Shown here in pieces: positions 1 through 10,990 of a stretch of DNA of 64,000 bases. Position 1 is the first letter of the stretch. Each line of letters starts with the position of its first letter. The translations under genes and the position numbers were made by a program. The notes beneath the pieces are model-generated. The model saw nothing but the letters and a program-made list of their open reading frames with translations, was not told where the DNA came from and ran no database searches. Source of the stretch: Octopus sinensis (Eukaryota); the NCBI RefSeq assembly GCF_006345805.1, contig NC_042997.1, positions 177,010,001 to 177,074,000 on the forward strand, written 5' to 3'.

Positions 1-147
1 ACTCAAAAGCATTTACAGACATATTCGTCTTTGACATCACAAAGCTCCATGTTCCTCTTCCCAGTTTAATTCATTGAACTGCAACACTACTCAAAAACCT
101 GTTGAATAGAATACATACAGTTACCTCAACAGCAGCAACAACGAAGT

Positions 148-330
148 GGAGGCGCAATGGCCCAGTGGTTAGGGCAGCGGACTCGCGGTCGTAAGCACGC
201 GGTTTCGATTCCCAAACCGGGCATTGTGAGTGCTTATTGAGTAAAAACACCTGAGCTCCACGAGGCTCCGGCGGGATGGTGGTGGTGAACCCCGCTATAC
301 TCTTTCACCACAACTTTCTTTCACTTTTTC
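148..330 (+). mobile_element. tRNA-derived SINE (tRNA-Arg-like head)
   Basis: GGAGGCGCAATGGCCCAGTGGTTAGGGCAGCGGACTCGCGG...GGTTTCGATTCCC carries A box (TGGCCCAGTGG) and B box (GTTTCGATTCC), followed by a non-tRNA body; no acceptor stem. Confidence 0.75.
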
Positions 331-769
331 TTCCTACTTCAGCCACAAAGCAGAGGAACCATGGTGTAACCCACTATACTGTGGTAAACTTTCAGACCCT
401 AGTCTAGAGAGGTTATGAACTAGAGAAATGACTGCAAGGTCACCAAGACTGACCATGATTCGATGATGCTGTTCTAGATAACTACATAACAATCTCTATT
501 AACAAAAGGTTATGCGACCAGGCTACTAACAGAATACAGTTGAGTGTAAGCATTTAATTCTCGGATTGAGAATATCTTGATGTTTCTTGATGCTTCCTAT
601 GACAGTAACCAAAAAGTCCATATTTTCTCTTTACTTGTTTCAGAAGCGCTGCGAAAAGCCATGTACACTGTCCTCGTCTTCTGGCTGAAACAGAAACAAA
701 CAAACAATTATAGGAAAGCTTTCACGATAAATGTCAATACAAGCACATTATTATCTATGCACTTCTCTA

Positions 770-1142
770 AGGCGGCGAGCTGGCAGAAACGTCAGCACGC
801 CGGGCGAAATGCGCAGCCGTATTTCGTCTGCCGTTACGTTCTGAGTTCAAATTCCGCCGAGGTCGACTTTACCTTTCTTCCTTTCGGGGTCGATTAAATA
901 AGTCCCAGTTACGCATTGGGGTCGATATAATCGACTTAATCCGTTTGTCAGTCCTTGCTTGTCCTCTCTGTGTTTAGCCCCTTGTGGGTAGTAAAGAAAT
1001 AGGTATTTCGTCTGCTGCTACCTTTTGAGTTCAAATTCCGCCGGGGTCGATTAAATAAGTACCAGTTCCGCACTGGAATCGGTGTAATCGATTTAATTCC
1101 TTCTCTAAATTTGAGGCCTTGTGCTTCCGCTACAAAGGATTT
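770..1142 (+). mobile_element. tRNA-derived SINE family A, composite two-unit copy with 16-bp TSD
   Basis: Head GGCGGCGAGCTGGCAGAAACG, B box GAGTTCAAATTCC, central GGTCGACTTT(A/G)CCTTTC..CCTTTCGGGGTCGAT module; TCTATGCACTTCTCTA at 754-769 and 1143-1158. Confidence 0.9.
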
Positions 1143-1504
1143 TCTATGCACTTCTCTACGATGGAAGGAATAATACTCTAATATATGTAATAACTATTTC
1201 AAGGAGTTAAAATATCAGAAATGAATTTTTCAAGTGTTTCAAAAAGTTATATGTATGCAATTAAATTTATTTAGCGTATCACATTTTCCTATATCCGCAT
1301 ATGTAAAGAAAATATTTCTGCATCTTCGTGCTTTATTTAAGAGCTACAGAAGCACTAAAATATAAATGATAACAAGAAAAAAAATTAAATACGGAATAAT
1401 TTTCATATCACCTAAGTTTAAACGTTCATGTACTAATGTAACCTTAGCAGATGAAGAAAAATGAATGTAGCTGTTTCTATGTAACTATCTGTCAGTCTGT
1501 TTAG

Positions 1505-1537
<33 letters not shown>

Positions 1538-2079
1538 TTCTAGAATATGTATGTACTTACCACTTTTTATTCTTTTCTCTTATGCTGTTTCTCTGTCTAC
1601 CCAGCAACGTAATGATATAATTATCAGTTAGACTCTGCTGATGAAGCACAAAGATACAGTAACAGTCTGTTTCTATATACTGATATATAAGAAATACGAA
1701 ATATTAAATAGATTTAAATTTTATTCGCATATATATATATCTGACGTTTGATTCAGTCGAAAAAAGATATTTTTCACTTCGTTTGCACTTCTCTGTTAAA
1801 GAAAAAAAAAAAGAAGAAATAAAAACAAAATGGCTCCCCAATCAACGCGCGGTTTTATGAGAAATAAAAAAAAATATAAAAGCGGCCATAACGAAGGAAA
1901 TTCAAACGCTTAACGACGTTCCCGATATATGTGGGATATGGAGGCTAGCTCGCCTTTAGAAGATACAAAAAAGATGAAAACTGGCTGATAGTAAAAAGAC
2001 GGGAAGTATTGCAGGCCTTTGTGCCCTTCGCAACATTGTCGTTGTCGTCGTCAGTGTTGTCGCCGTTACCATCGGTAGT

Positions 2080-2620
2080 GTCCTTCTTCTCCTTATCTTT
2101 CTCTCCTTCTTCTCATTACCTTTCTCTCCTCCTCCTTCCTTACCTTTCACTCCTCCTCCTCATTACCTTTTTCTCCTCCTCCTCCTCCTTACTTTTCTTT
2201 CTTCTCCCTCCTTACTTTCTCTTCTCCTCCTTACTGTTCTCTTTTCATTCTCATTATCTTTCTCACCTCCTCCTCCTCCTCCTCATTTTTCTCTCCTCCT
2301 CCTCCTCATTTTCCTCTCCTCCTTCTCCTCCTTACCTTTCAATCCTCCACCTCATTACCTTTTCTATCCCTCCTCCTCTCCTGACCTTTCTCTCTTTCTC
2401 TCTCCCTCATTACCTTTCTCTCCCCTCCTTACCTTTCTCTCCTCCTCCTTACCTTTCTCTCTTCCTCCTTACCTTTCTCTCCACCTACACCTGTTCTACA
2501 CCTCTACACTCTAAATCATTACCGTTCTCTCCTCCTTTACATTACCTTTCTCTCCCTCCTTACCTTTCTCTCCTCCTCCTCCTCCTCCTTACATTTTCTC
2601 TTCCTCTCTTTTCTATCCAT
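2080..2620. repeat. Pyrimidine-rich minisatellite, unit ~(C[A/C]TTACCTTTCTCTCCTCCT)
   Basis: About 17 degenerate copies of TTACCTTT separated by CT/CCT runs. Confidence 0.9.
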
Positions 2621-3225
2621 CCATTCTTGTATCGCAGTAACAACTTTCACACAATTCTTTCTTCTACGCTTCTATATACTTTCTCGCCTCTTAATATCTG
2701 TTTCCATACAGCTCTCTTCCTCTTTCTATTCTTTTCTCTGTTTTTCCATATTTTCTTGATTTTAATATCATCTACCACACATCGTTCCCTCTTATGATCT
2801 ATCATTTCATAACGCTCATTATCACCTTTCTATCCTCTCTCTAACTGTTTCTCTCTTCGTTCCCTTGATTCAGTATCAACTTACATGTCTCCCCTCTCTC
2901 TCCTCCTCTCGTCACACAAGCGGTCTAGTCATTTTGTCTCTAGCCAAAATATTTTATTTCATTTTAGCGCATTTTACCTAATCTGTTTAGGCTAACATAT
3001 TAAAAGATCATCTGGGAATATTACTGGAATATCTGGTGTTTTATCAGAGAGGAGATTTATATCTCATATTTGCTTACCGCTATGAAATAAAACAAAACAA
3101 AAAAAAACTGAACTGGGTACCAGGTTTTTGAAAAGACTCCTGGGACATTGGAAGCATTTATACGCATACAAACACGAACTCACACACATATACACAAGCA
3201 TACACACATTACACATATATACATA

Positions 3226-3471
3226 CAACAATCCCTCGCCATTTCGCAGTTCGCCTATCGCGGTTCTCTTATCGCGGTTCACATATCGCGGTTCACCTAT
3301 CGCGGTTTCTTATTTAAACTCACGACGATTCCTCTGTAGTGTTGTTTTGCATTTACAATAAAATAAATATATACAAATTATAAAAAAATTCAGTCCTGTT
3401 TTTACTTCGCAAATTTTCACCTATCGCGGGATTTTTGAAACGTAACACCCGCGATAGTCGAGGGATTACTG
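3226..3471. mobile_element. pogo/Tigger-like MITE
   Basis: TA-CAACAATCCCTCG ... CGAGGGATTACTG terminal inverted repeats (CAGTAATCCCTCG type); internal 4x CTATCGCGGTTC repeat. Confidence 0.7.
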
Positions 3472-3539
3472 CATATGCATGCATTCATGCATACATACGT
3501 ACACATACTTGTATACTTACACACACATACTCACACACA

Positions 3540-3855
3540 TAGTGGGAGTAGTAGGAGCACTCCGTCATTTACGACGATAAGGGTCCCAGCTGCTACGATC
3601 AACAGAATAGCTTGCTCGTGAAATGAGCGTGCAAGTGGCTGAGCACTCCAGACATGTGTACCATTAACGTAGTTCTCAGGGAGATTCAGCGTGACACAGT
3701 GTGTGACATGGCTGGCCATTTGAAATACAGGTACTACTCATTTTTGCCAGCTGAATGGACTGGAGCAACTTGAAATAAAGTGTCGCCGGGAATTGAACTC
3801 ATGACCTTACAATGGTGAGCCGAATGCCCTAACCCCTAAGCCACGCACATTCACA
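3540..3855 (-). mobile_element. tRNA-derived SINE with Deu/Nin-like central domain
   Basis: Minus strand GCGTGGCTTAGGGGTTAGGG (A box), GAGTTCAATTCCC (B box), GCTCCAGTCCATTCAGCTGGCAAAAATGAGTA; related copy at 31862-32132. Confidence 0.65.
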
Positions 3856-3954
3856 CATACACACAGATATATAATATCTCTGATAGATTATTGCCACGAG
3901 ACATACATTTCAAAGATTGGCTGAAGAACTTTCAATATACTTAATATTGGTTTT

Positions 3955-4087
3955 AAATTCTGGTACAAAGTCAGCGGTTTCGGGAGAGGGGCTAAGTCGA
4001 TTACATCGACCCCAGTGTTCAACTGGTACTTATTTTACCGATCCTGAAAGGATGAAAGGCAAGGTCAACCTCGGCGGAATTTGAACG
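3955..4087 (-). mobile_element. SINE family A 3' fragment
   Basis: Reverse complement of the central module (GAAAGGATGAAAGGCAAGGTCAACCTCGGCGGAATTTGAAC). Confidence 0.85.
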
Positions 4088-4565
4088 CCTACTTAGCATT
4101 TACCGTAGAAACCGACACTGTTGTACACCTCTACACTCTAATTCCATAAGAATTTGAAGAGAACGTTTATTTTTTTCTTATATGCTCCTCCTAAGTGCCA
4201 CATCTGCGGTCCTATATAATGGAAACAGTATTCATTCGCACTTTCTCATTCATAAATGAACATTTATACTCCGTTGATCCGTTGGGCTCTATCCGTTTTC
4301 TATCCCACAAAGGGACATAATTTACATGTGCGTCTCAATTATAAATTGATAGAGTCCGAGGTATAACATAATAGTGAGCTCTAATATTCGTTTCTCAGTC
4401 AGCTTTGTACGTGAGTATACCTCTTTCATGTCCATGCCACTTTATGCATTAGTAATGACACCATTTACATGAACGGATATTTACACCGGGATGTATCATG
4501 GTAAGCGTCTTGAGAATAGCTTTTATCCATCCACCTATCCGTCCATTCATCCACCCATCACCCAT

Positions 4566-4569
<4 letters not shown>

Positions 4570-4597
<28 letters not shown>

Positions 4598-4775
4598 TGT
4601 AAGTGCGTGTGTCTATACATGTATGTATGTATGTATGTATGTATGTATGTATGTATGTATGTGTGTGTGTGTATGTATGTATGTATGTATGCATGTATGT
4701 GTGTGTATGTATGTATGTATGTATGTATGTATGAATGTATGTATGTATGTATGTATGTATGTATGTATCTATCTA

Positions 4776-4819
<44 letters not shown>

Positions 4820-4990
4820 AATCTATCAGTCTGTCTGTGTGCCTGTGTGTGTGTCTACCTGCCTGTCTATCTGTCTACCCCATCCCTTTCTCTCTCTCAC
4901 TTTCTATAGTTCACTCCCTCTCTTTTTCTCTCTGTCTCTCTGTCTCCCTCTCTCTCTATATATATATGCATGTATGTATATGTATATATT
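4570..4990. repeat. Compound microsatellite (TTTC)n(TATG)n(TCTA)n
   Basis: Direct reading of the sequence. Confidence 0.95.
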
Positions 4991-5848
4991 TATAAAGATT
5001 CATCATTACATTTAGAGTATGAATAATTGAAACCAATCAACCGAAACCATTATTGTCTGAAAGTTAAAATTTCCTCTATTGCGTTCACTCGATTATCCCA
5101 CCAATGTGGAATGGGAAAATATACATTATATATATATATATACATACATATATATATATCCATGCACATATACATACATGAATACACATACACATCCACA
5201 TGCAGAAACACAAACATATTTATCAAAGTATACAGTATTTTGGATCCATTTTAGCCAATCTTACCAACAGGGTTCGCACAGGGTATTAAATAACAGGACA
5301 GTATCTCAGAGGTAGCATGTATGGAAAGAATATAAAGACTGTTTTTTTTTATTTTGGCAAATAAAAAACGTCACATCATTTTTGTCTGTGCCGTGGAAGA
5401 AGACAAAATGAAGTCGCGGAAACCATATAAATTATGGCACTTAGCCCCAGAATATCTGAAATGATGTAAGGTGGCAAGAGTTTGGTGAAAAAGTATGCAG
5501 GCGGCATTACAGGATAGTATTTATGACGGGTTGGAATATGTGTAGAGGTTTTATGTTTAGGTTTTTTTGAAAGGGTATAGAGGTGTTGGGCAAGTCTGAT
5601 GTTTGGCGCATATGTTTATGTGTGTCCAGGTAAACTTCTTATGGTTAAACTCTTTGTTAGGTTCTAAGGTTATAATAGTAGGAGGGTTCAAGAGGTGGAA
5701 AATCTAGAGATAATAGTCATGATGGGGTTCGTAGGTGAGATAATATATACTTACTTTCATAAGGGCAAGGCCTAAAACTTTCATTCCAGCAGTTTAGGTA
5801 CAGTCTGGGAGCTGAGAATGTTTTAATATCATTCTTTTCTCGGCTAAA

Positions 5849-5888
<40 letters not shown>

Positions 5889-5926
5889 CCTCTCTCTCTC
5901 TAAATGTATATATATATATATATATA

Positions 5927-6050
5927 TAAGGCTCGAAACATAAAATACTTTTTCACCTTCCCGAGCGTCAAACTAATACACCTGCTTGTTGTTCATACAC
6001 CTGTCATCGTCTTTTATTTTCCTGTAAATTTCAACTATATATATATATAT
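5927..6050 (+). mobile_element. 5'-truncated PLE-type hammerhead mini-element between (TA)n tracts
   Basis: GGCTCGAAACATAAAA...CCCGAGCGTCAAACTAATAC matches 55293-55340; CTGA core absent. Confidence 0.6.
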
Positions 6051-6059
6051 ATTCATACT

Positions 6060-6378
6060 TTCGGGATCGATAAAATAAGCAGCAGTTGAACACGGGGGTC
6101 GATGCAATCAACTTACCCCTCCCTCGAAATTGCTGGCCTTGTGCCAAATTTGAAACCTATATAATAGAGGCAATGAGCTGGCAGAATTGTTAGCACGCTA
6201 GGCAAAACGCTCAACGGCATTTCGTCCGTCTTTGCGCTCTGAGATCGAATTCCGCGAAGGCCGACTTTGTTTTTCATCCTTTTGGAGTCGATAAAATAAG
6301 TACCAATAGATTACTGGGATTGATGTAATCGACTTGGCCCCTACCCGAAATTCTTGGCCTTCCGCAAAAATTTGAAAG
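6060..6378 (+). mobile_element. Two diverged SINE family A copies (3' fragment plus near-full copy)
   Basis: Head GAGCTGGCAGAATTGTTAGCACG at ~6176; tails GCCTTGTGCCAAATTTGAAA. Confidence 0.8.
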
Positions 6379-7289
6379 GGATATGACATAAATAGCATAT
6401 GAGTGTATAAAACACACACATGCGCTCATATTGTAGGATGTGTGGTAATCAAATCTATTTCTAAACTACCTTGTTTAGGGTTGAATAGCCTACACAGTAG
6501 CTTGGGAAGGTGTTTTCTATAAATATCTCGGATCGATCAAAGCCTTCTAATATTTTGAAGACAGAAACTTTGTGTAAATCTGTCAGAGGGATTGTTCCTT
6601 TAAATTGATGGCATCCATCCGTCCGTCAGTGACAGAAGCGCTTTCATAGAGCTTGTCACTGACGTTACTACTCTATCGTTACTGACCAATCATAAATTAT
6701 AAACGTAACTTTTCCATCATGTCTAGAGGATATCGCCAATAAAACGAAATGAACACAAATTTTCTTAATGCATCTTCTTAGTCAACATCACCAACGTTTG
6801 TTCGGCCTACAATGTGTCCTCAACAATCTTGAAACTCGAGGCAGCGATCGAATGCTTACGCGGTCTCTTGACCAGTTAGAAATAGTGCACCATATTGTTT
6901 TAAAGAAAAAGATACTGTATGCTGTAACTATGGCTGAAAAGACAGGATGGTCACGGTTGGAAATCTTTCACCATAAGTTGCACGATTATGTTTGGCTTAG
7001 AGCTTAACAAGAATAGCAACAAAATACAGTATCACATATCATAGACTGTATAGAGACCACCATCTGCAGATCACCAACATAGCATAAGAAAAAAATAAAA
7101 AAAAACTGATTAGCAGATGGATATATAATAATTTTGAAAAATTCTAAAAATGATAAACAAATGGACATAATATAATTTTGTTTTTGCAACATGCCCCAAT
7201 GCTTGTATTCCAACTGCTAGATGTAAAACTTATTTCCAAAAGGCCAGGCGCAGACTTGGCTGTGCGGTAAGAAGCTTGCTTCCCGCGCA

Positions 7290-7790
7290 TGCGTCGGTTT
7301 ATTCGCTATGTTGATTTTTGACGAGTCGGACGGAATTCTTTGTGCTGCGTGGCAGCGGGTGTTATACCGGTAGAGACAATGTATTCAGACCTTAGCGAGT
7401 ATGAGCAGTTCTCAGCGAAGAATGGAGGTCGTTAAGGCGGTAAATAGAATGGACTAGCATTTGGAAAGAGTAAAGAGTTTTGATGAGGCTGCAGAGGTGA
7501 AGAAAAGGGAGGTGGACCTAGCCGAACCGAAAGAGCTGAGTAAGATGACACAGAAGGTGGGAGGGGAAGAAACTTTTATGGTTCAATTGAGAGAAGGCCA
7601 ACTGCAGAAACGTATTGTGGAGTTCAGAGAGCGAGATTAGAAAGCAAGACGTCCCCAATTGTCTTCACCTGTTCTTGCCACTGGATTGAAGATAGTGACA
7701 TACGAGAGAGTAAGATAGATGGTATGCAACGCTTTTAACCAAAGTCACCGCGCAAGCCATCAGTCAGCGATTAGGATAACTGGACGGTCC
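7290..7790 (-). mobile_element. Decayed CR1-like LINE RT C-terminal fragment, preceded by a CORE-SINE head at 7245-7290 (+)
   Basis: Minus-strand conceptual translation SAASSKLFTLSKC...ELLILAK...LYRYNTRC resembles CR1 post-RT segments; heavily interrupted. Confidence 0.4.
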
Positions 7791-8749
7791 GTGTCGCTCT
7801 AACGGAAGAACATGAGAAAGAGAAGGCAGGAGTAGATGTACCTGTGTGTGCACACGGTTGTGTATACGTCTGAATGTGTAAGGGTCAGTTTTGAATAAGA
7901 TCGAAGTAGAAATTTTTCAAATAGTGGAAAAGTGTAAATTGTATGAGTGTGTGTGTGTGTGTGCATACATAAGCATATATGTATATGTGAGCAGATATGT
8001 TTCACACATTCCCTCTCTCTCTCGCTCTTTCTCCCTATCTGTCTGTCTGTCTGTACATACATACATACATACATACATACATACATACATACATACATAC
8101 ATACATACATACATACATAGTTGATTATTCATTGGTTACCTTTTTTTCTTGCAAGGGAGAGAATCATCTTTCCCGGCATCTATTTTTCGTCGTTAATGAA
8201 GTAATCTTAATGAGTTAAATGGAGTGGATATAGTCTTTATCAATTTGATGAATTTTATTTTCTCAATATTCCTACATTGAATTTCCATTTCAATTTTAAT
8301 TCAATCTCTACAGTGCGAAATATTCATGGATCTGTTAATTACATCACAAGAGAAGAAAAAATTTTAGAAAAGAGACAGAAATGATATGAGATGGAAGCGT
8401 TTGACCAAGCGGAAGTCATTTTAATTCATAGTTTATTAGCTGTGTAGAAATCGAAGTAAAATTAATTTTAAATTGCTGTATTTGTGGAGGTTGGTCGAAA
8501 CAGTTCCAATTTATTTTCTCCCCTCGTGAAGTAATGGAGACCGCCATCGCAATTATTTATCAGGCCGTTTGTCAGCTGTGATTTTGTAAGAGGAGATATT
8601 TAATTCTAACTAAAGAGAAGATTATAAATTTAAAGTGTTGCATTCATCAGCAGTTCCCTTTCTGTACATGGTGTGCAGAAGTTCATCATATGCTCATAAC
8701 CAAAGATGTGCATTTTCAGAGAGAAGATCGGTGTTGTTCGGTTAAATCT

Positions 8750-8831
<82 letters not shown>

Positions 8832-9449
8832 ATGATGATAATAATAATAATAATATAATAATATATAATAATAATAATAATAATAATATTAGGGAGTATA
8901 CAGGGAAAAATTTGATTTAGTATTAAATCAAATTTCACAGTATAAATATATAAAATATGAATTAGAGATAAAACCACTATTATGCAACTCAAACAGTGAT
9001 AGACATAAACCAATACATAAATAACAAATAATATAAATATAATTAATATAATTAATATAATATATATATATTATTGTTTTTTTTTTAAGTATAAAAAGAA
9101 TGATAAATATAATATAATAATATATATATATATATGTATCGTCGCCATCGGCTACTCCTTGTTTCCGAATATATCTTAATTTGTAATTCTTCATTTATGT
9201 CAGTACCTCTGAAGGCTAGAAAGTCCAATTTTTGCGTAGACCAATAGTTCACAGAAGATGTATTTGATGGTCGTAGGCCTTGGCTGGAATTGGTGGGTCG
9301 CCCGCCATAACACTTTATCTTCTTATTTCTTCGACTATGTTTCTCAGTATGTTTTGCATTAGTCTTGATAGTGCAACGCCACACTGTTCTGTCTTCTGCA
9401 TGTTGCTCCTGGGATCTAGTGTCAATGTTGGTGCTCATCATCACTTATT

Positions 9450-10715
9450 TTAGTTGGCGTGTGTCGTGTCGCATGGGACACCCGCAAGATCCCATGCCGG
9501 AACTGAGTTCGCTGTAGAGGGTATAACGTAGCAGTTGAGTATTTTTCATGAGATGGACCTGATATGCCTATCTGGGGCGATGTTTGGTGATGACAGCGTC
9601 AATGCTGTTGGCGTTGGCCCGTTCAAAAATGATAAGATTGTCGACATATTCATCACATTTGACATTCATAATTGCTCACTATTTTCGTTGATGGAATCAT
9701 TCCAGTTTTCGAATATCCTGGCGATACATGGCCCACGTCTCACAACCACAAAGTATATACAATGAGTTTTGTTTCTATTTTCAGGCTCTTGTTTCGAAGA
9801 CAAGCTGTATCTTGTTCTCAACATATCTTTCGGAATTACATTGTACGGAGATGACGCATTCGCAAGAAACGAGATTGCACGTATAAACAAAAATTGCGGC
9901 GAAGTGACCGACAAAACCGTCAACACCAAGTAGTTCCTCAGGGACCTAACCCTGAATGGCTACCCACCATCTTTAGTCAAACATCGGCACCTAAAGAACA
10001 TCAGGGTCAGTAAGCCCCGGAAGAAACCTCATACTCCCAAGTCCGGCACGTGCTTCCTAAAGCTGCCACATTTTGATGACAGAACTACTGCAGTGATACA
10101 ACACTCAGTCCGCAGGGAAGGACTCGACATACAGATAGTGCACACCGGCCCATCCTTGAGAAAAATTTAGTTCACGAACAACACCTTTCACCACTCCGAG
10201 GAGTGCACAATATCGAACTGCTCCATCAATGACCCTGAAATGTGCCAGAGGACCAATGTTGTTACGAGATCATCTGTGGCAAACGTGGCGCATCCTACAT
10301 AGGAAGCACAACAAGAAAACTGCATATACGCATAAAAGGAAACATGGAGGCAGAAACTTCTGTGAAGAAACATTTACCAAATTGTCAGACCCGGGAATTT
10401 CCAGTACACAACAGGGCAACACAGAGCAACAGAGACAACCTTAGAATCTCCAAGGCCATACTTATACACCATAAGAAACCAACTGTCAACAACAGAAGAG
10501 AGTTACAAAAAGCTAGCTGGTTGCTACAGAAACAACTTTCCGCGCTTGTCTTTTCCACACACTCACGCACACGCACATCTGCAACATTCGTAAGTTTCCT
10601 ACGGATAGGGTCATAACCCCGAAATATTGAATGCAAGGCAAGTCTACATTGATTCATTTACTTGTTTTCTTGTAATTTCTTATGCATTTACTTCGCATTG
10701 TTCTGGCCTTACACA
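9450..10715 (+). mobile_element. Penelope-like element remnant (RT core/thumb plus C-terminal GIY-YIG), ends in (TA)n
   Basis: Frameshifted peptides: KIVDIFITFD (motif C-like), LLFRRQAVSCS, LTLNGYPPSLV, CTISNCSINDPEMCQRTNVV.EIICGKRGASYIGSTTRKLHIRIK, AILIHHKKPTVNNRREL. Confidence 0.85.
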
Positions 10716-10717
10716 CG

Positions 10718-10744
<27 letters not shown>

Positions 10745-10752
<8 letters not shown>

Positions 10753-10957
10753 GAAAAATTGAGGTAATCAGATCAGATGGTTCATATTTGTAGATATTTA
10801 TTTATATATTACATTTTTACATATATATCATATCATTCGGATTAGCGCTTGCTCCCATTCTAGTGGGTTTTCAATCAAATCAGTTGTGGGTAGTTTGAAC
10901 CTTTTTATAGTTTCGTAGTAGTGGTTGAGGAGGAAGTGAGGCAGAGAGAAAATATGT

Positions 10958-10990
<33 letters not shown>

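Noticed and set aside
148-222. tRNA gene
   Set aside because: A and B boxes present but no cloverleaf acceptor stem; continues into a SINE body. The same holds for all other A/B-box hits
577-897. 106-aa ORF
   Set aside because: Runs into a SINE; no recognisable protein motif
2009-2797. 262-aa ORF
   Set aside because: Translation of the CT-rich minisatellite (L/S/P/F only); stop-free by composition
6624-6664. CGTCAGTGAC/GTCACTGACG hairpin
   Set aside because: Only a 10-12-bp stem, no extension, single occurrence; could be chance
6768-7007. 79-aa non-repetitive ORF
   Set aside because: No recognisable motif or splice context
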